Assembly (NCBI GenBank): GCA_030700155.1
Contig: JAUYJU010000027.1
Span: forward strand, 147,066-211,065
Origin: Candidatus Nanoarchaeia archaeon
GTDB taxonomy: Archaea; Nanobdellota; Nanobdellia; SCGC-AAA011-G17; JAUYJU01
Reading direction: 5' to 3'
Length of the DNA stretch: 64,000 nt
Shown: in pieces, positions 9,860 to 18,570 of the stretch
How the letters are laid out: each line of letters opens with the position of its first letter
How positions within the stretch are numbered: position 1 is the first letter of the stretch
Notes under the pieces: generated by a model
What the model was told of the DNA's origin: nothing
Databases searched by the model: none
Seen by the model: the letters and a program-made list of their open reading frames with translations, nothing else
Program-made: the position numbers and the translations under genes

Positions 9860-11061
9860 AATCCCAAACTATCTTTCAATAAATTGTTAATTTTTGGCAC
9901 CGTTGAATCTGGAATAGCTAATCCAATTTGTCTTGTCCTACCATATCTTCCTTTAGAAATTACTTTAGCATTAATTATTCCAAGCATTTCTAACTCGGCA
10001 ACAATGTCAGAAACCCTCCTCTGTGTTAATGGTCTAACCCCTGATTTAAAACAAGCGGTTTTATAGAGCTCATATATGTCTCCAGTAAAAATCGGAGACT
10101 TTGCTCCAATACAGATATTAAAAATAGAATGTAAAACTAATTTGAATTGTTTTGGTTGGGTGTTCACAATATCTAATACCCTATCCCTTTCAATCTTTTC
10201 TTCGGCTTGGTCTATGAAATCCACTACAATTTCAGTGCTACCCTTTCTCTCGGCTAATTCTCCTGCAACCCTTAATAATTCTAAGGCCCTTCTTGCATCA
10301 CCGTGTTCTCTTGCCGCAAAGGCAGCACACTTCTCAATTACCCCTTCTTTTAGTGCACCTTTTCTGAAAGCAACGTCTGCTCTTTGTTTTAATATTTTTT
10401 GTAGTTGAATTGCATTATAAGGAGAAAAAACCATTTCCTCTTCACTTAAACTTGATTTTACTCTTGGATCCAGTTGATCAGTAAACATTAAATCATTAGA
10501 AATTCCTATAATAGATACGTCTGCGTTCTTTAGCTCTGTATTTAATCTAGTTAAGTTATAGAGTATTTCATCACCTGCTTTTGAAACAAGTTGATCAATC
10601 TCATCTAAAACAATTATCAACAGTTTTTCATTATCGTCTAATGCTCTCAAAAATAGTTTATATATCTCATCCGTTGGTAAACCTGTAGCTGGAACTTCTT
10701 GTCCAAACTCCCTAGCTAATTGTGCAATTAACCTATATTCAGTATCTGCAACCCTTTTTAGTTTACAATTTAAATAGAAAACTTTTAAATTAATATTATT
10801 TTTCTTAGCAATCTCTTCAATTTGGTCTGTTGTATGTTTAACACTTAATGTTTTTCCACTGCCAGTTTTACCATAAATAAAAACATTTGAAGGTTTTTCT
10901 AGTCTCAACGCTGGAGCAAGTATTCCTGCAAGTTGTTCAATTTGTGTTGTCCTATAAGGTACGCTCTTTGGTGTATAATTGCCCTGTAGTGCTTTTTTAT
11001 TGATAAAGATAGGCTCTTTCTTCAAGAAACCCTCTAAAAAACCAGCTAATTTTTGCGACAT
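9856..11061 (-). CDS. cdc6: Orc1/Cdc6 replication initiator
   Basis: Walker A GKTGSGKT, Walker B LIIVLDEID, AAA+ sensor regions and a C-terminal winged helix. It lies adjacent to an AT-rich intergenic region. Confidence 0.9.
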   Translation of the reverse strand: MSQKLAGFLEGFLKKEPIFINKKALQGNYTPKSVPYRTTQIEQLAGILAPALRLEKPSNVFIYGKTGSGKTLSVKHTTDQIEEIAKKNNINLKVFYLNCKLKRVADTEYRLIAQLAREFGQEVPATGLPTDEIYKLFLRALDDNEKLLIIVLDEIDQLVSKAGDEILYNLTRLNTELKNADVSIIGISNDLMFTDQLDPRVKSSLSEEEMVFSPYNAIQLQKILKQRADVAFRKGALKEGVIEKCAAFAAREHGDARRALELLRVAGELAERKGSTEIVVDFIDQAEEKIERDRVLDIVNTQPKQFKLVLHSIFNICIGAKSPIFTGDIYELYKTACFKSGVRPLTQRRVSDIVAELEMLGIINAKVISKGRYGRTRQIGLAIPDSTVPKINNLLKDSLGL

Positions 11062-11586
11062 GATTATTTATATTACTATGAGAAGTATTTAAACAAATTT
11101 GTAAACTAACATATACACCGACACCTCTATTTCCTGTAGAAGAAATGATATATAAATGATCAAATAATTTTCTGTTATCATTAAGTGTGAGTAACCTTTA
11201 CTTCTTTTGGAATTTTAAAGGGATAAATTTAAATTAAATTATATTATATTCTACAACACAGAAAAACATATAAACTAAATTATATAATATAAAATAAATA
11301 ATATTAATATAATATAATCTTAAGCCTTCTAATATCATTTTAACCATTTTTTTCAATTTAATTCCATTCAATTAAAAATAGCTTAAAAAGTAGTTATATA
11401 GATACAAGAATAACCAAACAACAAAACAAATACTAAACTTTTTATGAGTAAAACTCCACATGAAATGGTGGTGGGGGTGTAATATCATAAAAACACTTCC
11501 ACTCCAAAAAAGGTTAGAATATTATATTACTACCTAGCTATAAAAGACTAGAAAACTTTATATATCTACATACCCAAAACAAACCT
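11062..11586. promoter_or_regulatory. Candidate chromosomal replication origin (oriC) with ORB-like elements flanking an AT-rich DUE
   Basis: A 525-bp non-coding AT-rich region sits next to cdc6. At 11454..11479 the sequence CTCCACATGAAATGGTGGTGGGGGTG has a dyad core plus a G-string, like Pyrococcus-type ORBs. The reverse orientation at ~11120..11145 gives TCTACAGGAAATAGAGGTG. A weaker copy TTCCACTCCAAAAAAGG lies at 11497. The interval 11200..11420 is almost pure A/T. Confidence 0.45.
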
Positions 11587-11868
11587 ATGCAACCATATAA
11601 TTCTGAAGTAAAAGAAGAAAAAAGACATGCCAAACAATTAATTGGTAAAACAGTTGTTACTAAATCAGGTAAGAGGTTTGGAGAAGTAGGAAATTTAGTT
11701 TTTGAACAAAGAACAGGAGAGTTAATCCACTTATTATTAAGAAATTTAACTTCCTACGCAGATGGTCTAGAATTAGATCGAGATCCTAACGGAAGCATCA
11801 TTATCCCATTTTCTTCTGTAATTGCAGTTGGAGATTTTGTAGTGGTAGAAGAAGACGATATAATTTAA
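11587..11868 (+). CDS. PRC-barrel domain protein
   Basis: 93 aa with a GK-x-V-x-x-x-G-x-x-x-G-x-V pattern ([21 protein letters not shown]) and an acidic tail, typical of archaeal PRC barrels. Confidence 0.45.
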   Translation: MQPYNSEVKEEKRHAKQLIGKTVVTKSGKRFGEVGNLVFEQRTGELIHLLLRNLTSYADGLELDRDPNGSIIIPFSSVIAVGDFVVVEEDDII

Positions 11869-11884
11869 TTATTTCTTAATTCCC

Positions 11885-13729
11885 ATGAAATATAAGACTA
11901 CTAAAGAAATAAAAGTACCTAAATCTATTATTGATCAAATTATTGGTCAGGACGAAGCTGTTAATGTAATTAAAAAAGCAGCCAAACAAAAACGCCATGT
12001 TCTATTAATAGGAGATCCGGGAACAGGAAAGTCGATGCTTGGACAGGCAATGGCAGAATTGCTTCCCAAAGAAAAACTTCAAGATATTGTTTCCTTTCAC
12101 AACCTTTCAGATGAAAACTACCCACTAATCAGAACCTTTCCAAAAGGAGAAGCAAAATCCTTAATAGAGAAGGCAAAAATACAAAGTTCAGGAACATTTA
12201 GACATCAAAATATTTTCTTTTTTGCATTAGTTATCTTATCTTTGATTGCGCCTTGGTGGATCAGAAAAGATTATGGGGATATAATGGCTGCAGCTTCTTT
12301 AATCGGAAGCATGATTTTTTTAGGAGCCTTTGTTTTATTTATGAACGTAAGTAGAAGGATGAAAACTTCTTCAAAAATTCCAAAATTAATTGTAGATAAT
12401 TCAGATAAAGGTAATGCTCCATTTATTGATGCAACAGGTGCGCATGCAGGCGCTTTATTGGGAGATGTTTTACATGACCCTTTTCAAAGTGGAGGATTAG
12501 GAACACCAGCCTATGAAAGGGTAATTGGTGGAATGATCCATAAGGCAGATAAAGGCGTTTTATTCCTTGATGAGATCGGCTTACTTTCACCAAGAACTCA
12601 ACAAGAATTACTTACAGCCGTACAAGAAAAAAAATATCCAATAACTGGGCAATCTGAAAGGTCTGCAGGGGCAATGGTTAGAACAGAACCAGTTCCTTGT
12701 GATTTTGTTATGGTCTCAGCAGGCAATTTAGAAACACTAAAGAAAATGCACCCTGCACTAAGGTCACGTGTTCGTGGTTATGGTTATGAAGTTCACATGA
12801 ACAACACCATGGAAGATACAGAACTCAACAGAGACAAGATTGTTCTATTCATAGCACAAGAAGTTATCAAAGACAGAAAAATTCCACATTTCTCAAAAGA
12901 AGCAGTTGATTTAATTATCGAAGAGGCAAAAAGACGTGCTGGAAGAGCAGGTAGACTAACACTAAGATTAAGAGAACTTGGTGGTTTAGTAAGGGCAGCA
13001 GGAGACCTAGCTCTAGATGAAAAATCAAAATTTGTTCAACCTTCTCACCTTATAAAAGCAAAAATACTAGCAAGGACTTTAGAACAACAAATTGTAGACA
13101 AATACATTGAAAATAAAAAATTATATGAAGTTATCAAGACCTCAGGAACGATGGTAGGCAGAGTTAATGGTTTGGCTGTGATGGGAACAGAAGACGGCCA
13201 TTATTCTGGTTTGGTTTTACCTATAGAATCAGAAGTAGTCCCCGGTGGTAAAAAACAATTTATTGCAACAGGTAAACTTGGAGAGATTGCACAAGAAGCA
13301 GTCAAAAATGTTTCAGCAATAGTTCTAAAAAACTTTGGTGAAGATTTAAAATCTAAATACGATGTTTTCGTTCAATTCTTACAGACAGCAGATTCTGGTG
13401 TTGAGGGAGATTCAGCTTCAATCGCAGTTGCAACTGCAATACTTTCAGCATTAAAGAAAATCCCGATAAGACAAGATACTGCCATGACAGGTTCACTTTC
13501 AGTTAGAGGAGATGTAATGGCCATTGGCGGAGTAACACAAAAAATAGAAGCTGCAATTCAAGCAGGAATTAAACGCGTCATAATACCAAAGGCAAATGAA
13601 AAAGACGTTATGCTTTCAAAAGAACACCAACAACAAGTTAAAGTTATTCCAGTTACAAACATCAAAGAAGTTTTAAAAGAAGCAATGGATTCTAAACTAA
13701 AAGATAAATTCTTAAAAGATATTAATTAA
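11885..13729 (+). CDS. lonB: Archaeal membrane-bound Lon protease (LonB)
   Basis: AAA+ Walker A GDPGTGKS, a membrane insertion (two TM helices near residues 110-150), and a protease domain with Ser-Lys dyad context [10 protein letters not shown]... Confidence 0.85.
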   Translation: MKYKTTKEIKVPKSIIDQIIGQDEAVNVIKKAAKQKRHVLLIGDPGTGKSMLGQAMAELLPKEKLQDIVSFHNLSDENYPLIRTFPKGEAKSLIEKAKIQSSGTFRHQNIFFFALVILSLIAPWWIRKDYGDIMAAASLIGSMIFLGAFVLFMNVSRRMKTSSKIPKLIVDNSDKGNAPFIDATGAHAGALLGDVLHDPFQSGGLGTPAYERVIGGMIHKADKGVLFLDEIGLLSPRTQQELLTAVQEKKYPITGQSERSAGAMVRTEPVPCDFVMVSAGNLETLKKMHPALRSRVRGYGYEVHMNNTMEDTELNRDKIVLFIAQEVIKDRKIPHFSKEAVDLIIEEAKRRAGRAGRLTLRLRELGGLVRAAGDLALDEKSKFVQPSHLIKAKILARTLEQQIVDKYIENKKLYEVIKTSGTMVGRVNGLAVMGTEDGHYSGLVLPIESEVVPGGKKQFIATGKLGEIAQEAVKNVSAIVLKNFGEDLKSKYDVFVQFLQTADSGVEGDSASIAVATAILSALKKIPIRQDTAMTGSLSVRGDVMAIGGVTQKIEAAIQAGIKRVIIPKANEKDVMLSKEHQQQVKVIPVTNIKEVLKEAMDSKLKDKFLKDIN

Positions 13730-13732
13730 AAA

Positions 13733-14269
13733 CTACAACGCCCGAAGTTCTGCAGACTTGTGTAAATAATGGTCGGAATGGAATTCAGCAAGTTCCCTAA
13801 AACTTACAAGTTGACTTTTATTTACTTCATTTAAATCCCTTCTGCTAATTTTAGCCAATTCTCTTAAAACATCATTTGGTGGCGCATATTTTTTAAAGAA
13901 AGCTTCGTCTCTCTCACCATAATCTTTTCTTGTATTGTGGTAGTCTAAAGCCCGCGCATATCTCATAAATTCTGATCCATTTTTAGGTTTCAATAATTTC
14001 TCATAAGGGTGCAATAATCGCAAATGTTTAATTACAGTAGCATAAATCATCCTTCTTGAATTTTCATTTAACCTAGGACCAACACCATCAATCAAACAAA
14101 TTAAGTCTCTTTCTAACTTGTTAAATACCCCTGCAAGATGAATATACCTTCCACCCTCAACCATAGTTCCATCAACACAACCACCAGGACCAACCATATC
14201 CCCCCAAGAGTTTCTCAAGAATAAATACTTTATGCTTCTAGGTGATTTATTTGTTCCATTTACACCCAA
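13733..14269 (-). CDS. Hypothetical protein with a helical C-terminus and a possible HEPN-like R-x5-H motif
   Basis: 178 aa. The motif RELAEFH sits near the C-terminus. The gene overlaps the SNase gene by 23 bp. Confidence 0.25.
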   Translation of the reverse strand: MGVNGTNKSPRSIKYLFLRNSWGDMVGPGGCVDGTMVEGGRYIHLAGVFNKLERDLICLIDGVGPRLNENSRRMIYATVIKHLRLLHPYEKLLKPKNGSEFMRYARALDYHNTRKDYGERDEAFFKKYAPPNDVLRELAKISRRDLNEVNKSQLVSFRELAEFHSDHYLHKSAELRAL

Positions 14270-14705
14270 TCTTATTTAAAATTGCATTTTTCTCAGCAAT
14301 TACAATCTCTTCCTTATACTTTTCATTTCCAGGGAAAAATCTCGCAACAGCATAACCCTCAGAAATCATTCTCAAGTTAATATTATCTCCATCAAGAAGG
14401 ATATACGCAAGCAACCTACCATATTGATCCGTTCTTTCAGGTCCAAATTCAACGTTAACTTCTTTACCCAAAACAAGTTCACTTAATCTCTCTTTAGCGA
14501 CATCATAACAAGTATGCCCCCGTTCATCAGTGTCAATACCCAAAAGTCGAACATGATCTCCACCTTCTATCACCAAAGTATCACCATCTACTATCTTAGT
14601 TACAAAAGCCATCTTAGAATCATTAACAACTTCACCAGTAAAACTAAAATTCATAAAAAATCCAACCAAAAACCCGATAATCAAACCAACGAAAATCCAC
14701 TTCAT
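14247..14705 (-). CDS. Membrane-anchored thermonuclease (staphylococcal nuclease, SNase-like)
   Basis: N-terminal TM anchor, then VDGDT...VRLLGIDTDE...R...Y, the micrococcal nuclease catalytic signature. Confidence 0.7.
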   Translation of the reverse strand: MKWIFVGLIIGFLVGFFMNFSFTGEVVNDSKMAFVTKIVDGDTLVIEGGDHVRLLGIDTDERGHTCYDVAKERLSELVLGKEVNVEFGPERTDQYGRLLAYILLDGDNINLRMISEGYAVARFFPGNEKYKEEIVIAEKNAILNKIGCKWNK

Positions 14706-14770
14706 AAGATTAAAGGTTTAGAAAGTCTTTTTAATGATTACTCAAGAATTTCCGTAAGATTTACGGCCAA

Positions 14771-16141
14771 TCAAATTAAAGTATTCTTAATCTGACTCAA
14801 AGAATTCTTGAATGAGCGATAGTCACTTGGGGTTTTTGGGACGGTACATTTCCTACCTTCATGTCCAGGAACGTAAATATGAATGTGTTTGCTGCCATGT
14901 TCAACAACAAACCCCAATTTTTGTAGTTCACTTATCATAGAACCAGTTACTTTCCTATCAGCAGTTTTGAATATTTTATTCAGCGCACCTACCAAAGTTT
15001 CACGTTCTCCAGTTTCAGTGTTAAGTTTTAATACCTCTGAAAGTAAGTCACATCTTCTTGAGTCTTTTTGTACAGTATCACGCGCTTGTTCAATGGCCTT
15101 TATAACCATATCACTAAGTTCTCCCTGATATAACTCACTTATCTGTGGACTAACAAGCAATTCTCCATCAGTAGTATACTTACTCTTTTTTGCAAGCCTT
15201 GCTTCAAGAGTATTTATATGTTTTTCAAGTTTTTTTACTTCTAATTCTTTACTGTCAATTTGGTCTATTGCTAAATTCAAGGCTTCTTCTGGACTTATCT
15301 TTTTTGAAGAACGAAGTTCCTCAAGTTTTTCAGCCACCTTTAGATTTATTATTCCATCAAAAGTAAGTTCTTTAGGTAAAAGTGTGAAAAGAGCCTCTTC
15401 TTCAACCATCCTATAAATCTTATCTGCTACCTGGCTAACATTTGGTAATAGGTATTCTCTTCTACCATTAGGCCAATAAATACCAACCGCACCACCAAAA
15501 ATATTTCTGCCATTTGTTGCTTTACGAAGTTGATAAGAGAAGTTAATTGAGGGTTCCACCAAAACGTGTGCCATCCCACTAAGGTTTTTTGCCAATTCTT
15601 CTGACCTTACAATATAACCAGAACGCTCTCTGCTTATGTAGAGTATGGGTAAATTATTATCTGCCCTATTATTTATTAGTTCAACAATAAACTCAAGATC
15701 TTCTTCGTTGATGGAATAAGGTTCTGCCTTTACACGCAATATTTTCCCATCATAAGCCCCACCAAAAGACCTAACTAGGTCATTAACAATACGCGGCTTC
15801 AGTAAACCACGAGTCCCATTACCTATTTTTTTTGTTTCAAAATCGTGAACTACGGCTACATTGAAAGAACCATCTTGTTTTTGTCCAACAACATCAGTTG
15901 TACGTAGAGAATCCTTATCCCGTTCCATCAATCTAACACCAAAAGAGGTATTGTAAGTGGCGTTAAGTACTCCTATGGCTTGAGAGTTATAGTTGAAATC
16001 TTCTTTTGCAAGGCCCTCAAGAGACTCTGCAGATAAATTTCTATGCGGACTTCCAGTTATCCAGGTTCCTACAATATTTGCAAGGTCTTCAAAAGTCCTA
16101 TTTGGATTCACCGGAAAGACAGCCTGGTATATTGTTGCCAT
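14771..16141 (-). CDS. Large hypothetical protein (456 aa) with a C-terminal HicA/YcfA-like domain
   Basis: The C-terminal 55 aa LQKLGFVVEHGSKHIHIYVPGHEGRKCTVPKTPSDYRSFKNSL match the HicA mRNA-interferase fold signature (GSH.....h.....vP.H...). I do not recognise the N-terminal ~390 aa (central coiled coil). Confidence 0.5.
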   Translation of the reverse strand: MATIYQAVFPVNPNRTFEDLANIVGTWITGSPHRNLSAESLEGLAKEDFNYNSQAIGVLNATYNTSFGVRLMERDKDSLRTTDVVGQKQDGSFNVAVVHDFETKKIGNGTRGLLKPRIVNDLVRSFGGAYDGKILRVKAEPYSINEEDLEFIVELINNRADNNLPILYISRERSGYIVRSEELAKNLSGMAHVLVEPSINFSYQLRKATNGRNIFGGAVGIYWPNGRREYLLPNVSQVADKIYRMVEEEALFTLLPKELTFDGIINLKVAEKLEELRSSKKISPEEALNLAIDQIDSKELEVKKLEKHINTLEARLAKKSKYTTDGELLVSPQISELYQGELSDMVIKAIEQARDTVQKDSRRCDLLSEVLKLNTETGERETLVGALNKIFKTADRKVTGSMISELQKLGFVVEHGSKHIHIYVPGHEGRKCTVPKTPSDYRSFKNSLSQIKNTLI

Positions 16142-16227
16142 AATCTCTAGTTTATAGTATATACTTTATAAACTTTCCTAATAGTATCACAAAGCTTAAA
16201 TAACTAAATTGAATCACCAATTCTACA

Positions 16228-16674
16228 ATGGCAGTAATAGGTTTTAAATTTGACACAATACATATTGAAAAGAAAGCAGTACCTTCTGGAGAAATAAGTA
16301 TCTCAAACAACGTTAAGCTAACAGAGATATCAGAAGCTAAAATTAACGTTGGCGGAGAGCACAAGGCCCTAAAGGTAGATTTTGAATATATGGTGAATTA
16401 TAAGCCAGACATAGGGGATTTAAAATTAACAGGAAATTTAGTATATATGGATGAAAAACAAAAACAAGATGCAGTACTAAAAGCATGGAAAGAAAAAAAA
16501 GTTTTGGATAATAAATTCTCTTTATCAGTAACTAATAAAATCCTTTCTAAATGCAATATAAAGGCAATAGAGCTTTGTTCAGAAGTTAATCTACCTTCTC
16601 ATATCAGTTTACCTGTAGCAAAGTCTACAAAGCCAGTTTCTTCAAAGCCAAACCCTAATAATTACATAGGTTAA
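16228..16674 (+). CDS. Hypothetical protein
   Basis: 148-aa ORF divergent from the HicA-fusion gene. No recognisable motif. Confidence 0.3.
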   Translation: MAVIGFKFDTIHIEKKAVPSGEISISNNVKLTEISEAKINVGGEHKALKVDFEYMVNYKPDIGDLKLTGNLVYMDEKQKQDAVLKAWKEKKVLDNKFSLSVTNKILSKCNIKAIELCSEVNLPSHISLPVAKSTKPVSSKPNPNNYIG

Positions 16675-16768
16675 TATTTTTAATAAATATTATAATATTT
16701 CTAGATATATTATAATCTACTTTTGGTTATACCGAATACCTTTTATACTACTAGCATTTCAGCAGTTT

Positions 16769-17038
16769 ATGTCAATGTTATCAGAAGACAAAGTAAAGAA
16801 AATCAAAGAGCAGATCTTGGTAGAATTATATCACCAAGGCCTAAAACCCATTTTTACAAGCGAATTAGCATCTTTAATAATTAGAGATGAAGAGTTCACT
16901 AAGCGTCTTTTACAAGCCCTAATGAAAGACAACCTTGTTGTCGAAGTTAATAAGTCTGCAAAAGGCAACACTTATTCCAAATGGAAAAGATGGAAATTAT
17001 CAGATAGCGCATATAAGGCAATGCAACAAGTATACTGA
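16769..17038 (+). CDS. Small winged-helix DNA-binding protein
   Basis: 89 aa with a helix-turn-helix-like core (FTSELASLIIRDEEFTKRLLQALMKDNLV) and a basic wing. Confidence 0.35.
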   Translation: MSMLSEDKVKKIKEQILVELYHQGLKPIFTSELASLIIRDEEFTKRLLQALMKDNLVVEVNKSAKGNTYSKWKRWKLSDSAYKAMQQVY

Positions 17039-17091
17039 ATATACCAAAATTTTATTAACTTACCCTTCTTTCGACAACATCAAGGGGAGTT

Positions 17092-17715
17092 ATGGTAGAT
17101 TTCGACAGCATCAAAGATGCATTTTTAAAAGTTAAGGAAGATATTCAACGTTTAGAAAAAGAGCTAGCAGAAGCTAAAAAGGCTAATTTAGAACAAAAAG
17201 AAGCCATTTTAGCCTTAAATAAGAAAATCGGTAACCTTTTAAGTTCTGATAAAAGTTTAGAGTTAAATAACAACTTTTTAGAAGAAAGTTCCATAGGAAA
17301 TGATGGGGTTCTTTCGACATCGACGGTTTCGACAGTAACGCCTTCGACAACATTTCGACAGTCTTTCGACAGCAACATCGACGACAACCCCATAGTTGCA
17401 GATATTAAAAAGAAATTCCAAAGTCTCACAGAAAGGGAATTTGCAGTTTTTGCTGCAACCTACCAATTAGAAGAGGAATTTGGCTCACAAGTGACCTATG
17501 CAGATTTAGCTGTAAAACTCTCACTTTCTAGATCTTCAATCAGGGACCACGTAGGAGAGCTTTTATTGAAGAAAGTTCCACTAATTAAACACCAGGCAGG
17601 AGATCGTAAGGTCTCACTTTCTATAAAAAAAGACTTTAGGGACCTGAATGTTATGTCTCAAATCCTCACTTTTAGAGGTTCCCTAGCAAATCAACGTCAA
17701 CTCTCTTCTTTCTAG
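17092..17715 (+). CDS. Coiled-coil protein with a C-terminal sigma-70-region-4-like HTH, putative regulator
   Basis: N-terminal coiled coil (QRLEKELAEAKKANLEQKEAIL). The C-terminus LTEREFAVFAATYQLEEEFGSQVTYADLAVKLSLSRSSIRDHV resembles sigma-70 region 4 / LuxR. The 5' region carries TTCGACA heptamer repeats. Confidence 0.4.
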   Translation: MVDFDSIKDAFLKVKEDIQRLEKELAEAKKANLEQKEAILALNKKIGNLLSSDKSLELNNNFLEESSIGNDGVLSTSTVSTVTPSTTFRQSFDSNIDDNPIVADIKKKFQSLTEREFAVFAATYQLEEEFGSQVTYADLAVKLSLSRSSIRDHVGELLLKKVPLIKHQAGDRKVSLSIKKDFRDLNVMSQILTFRGSLANQRQLSSF

Positions 17716-17858
17716 GATTATTTGAAACCTCACTTTTTGATTTTTGATACTTTTGGCCTATAGAATGAGTCAATATACCCACTAATTTTGATCTAAATCA
17801 CCTAAATATTAAACTCTAAACCCTCACTTTCTAACTTTATTTTAATTTATACTTATTT

Positions 17859-17929
17859 ATTAGGTATTTACTTACATAGTAGTATTAATACTTAACATAT
17901 AAGTATAATATACCTACATAATAAGTAAA
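17859..17929. repeat. 71-bp direct repeat, copy 1, containing the 12-bp palindrome AGTATTAATACT
   Basis: Read identical by eye to 18034..18104. The palindrome is at 17881..17892. Confidence 0.8.
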
Positions 17930-18033
17930 AACCATTAAAAACGCCCAATTACATCCAAATTACCGTAGATCTTATGTTATTTTTTGATATATTTACTCTC
18001 ACTTTTGATTACATTTAGATTATAATCTTACAA

Positions 18034-18104
18034 ATTAGGTATTTACTTACATAGTAGTATTAATACTTAACATATAAGTATAATATACCTACATAATAAG
18101 TAAA
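18034..18104. repeat. 71-bp direct repeat, copy 2, containing AGTATTAATACT
   Basis: Read identical by eye to 17859..17929. The palindrome is at 18056..18067. A third palindrome copy, TAAGTATTAATACTTA, is at 19347..19362. Confidence 0.8.
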
Positions 18105-18164
18105 TTACCCTCACTTTCACCACTTCTTTTTTAGCTACAAACCAAACAAACCCTACAATTTAAT

Positions 18165-18537
18165 GCGTCGATCACGTCTATAGACGCGTCGTAGACGCGT
18201 CCATTCACTCACTTTTAGTAAAATTCGCAACCGGAAATCTTCCGAACGGCATTTCTCATGCCTGCTCAGAAACCAATAAACTAACTCCCCGCTTCTTCTG
18301 GGGCTCACTTTCTTAATCCGGAAATCTTCCGAACGACTTTTTTAGGTGTTGGTGCCGCCTAATTTTATTTAACCCACAGACTGTCTAGACTCCCCTTTTC
18401 AAATCCGGAAATCCTTCAGAACACCAGAAATTCTCAGGAAACTGTAACCAAGTAGCAAGTACAAAATTAGAACGCGTCTACGACATGTCGTCGACGCGTC
18501 TATAGACGTCTTAGACGCGTCGTAGACGCGTCCAAAA
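18165..18537. repeat. GC-rich structured non-coding region: paired ACGCGT/GACGCGTC palindrome clusters flanking three CCGGAAATCTTCCG inverted-repeat units spaced about 87 bp apart
   Basis: The left cluster at 18165..18202 and the right cluster at 18471..18533 share CGTCTATAGACG plus AGACGCGTCGTAGACGCGTCC. IR units lie at 18231, 18318 and 18405. The third is degenerate. Confidence 0.75.
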
Positions 18538-18570
18538 AGTTTATATTCTAGCAAATACTACTATTTTAGC

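Noticed and set aside
16152-16364. ORF 16152..16364 (-) and ORF 16935..17135 (+)
   Set aside because: These are short, low-complexity ORFs overlapping better-supported genes or the divergent promoter region. The second overlaps the 3' end of the wHTH gene and the start region of the next regulator, and is probably only a trace of the TTCGACA duplication.
17859-18104. Possibility that the 71-bp direct repeats form a CRISPR array
   Set aside because: There are only two copies, 71 bp long and extremely AT-rich. The 104-bp spacer has no further repeat, and there are no cas genes. This is not CRISPR-like.
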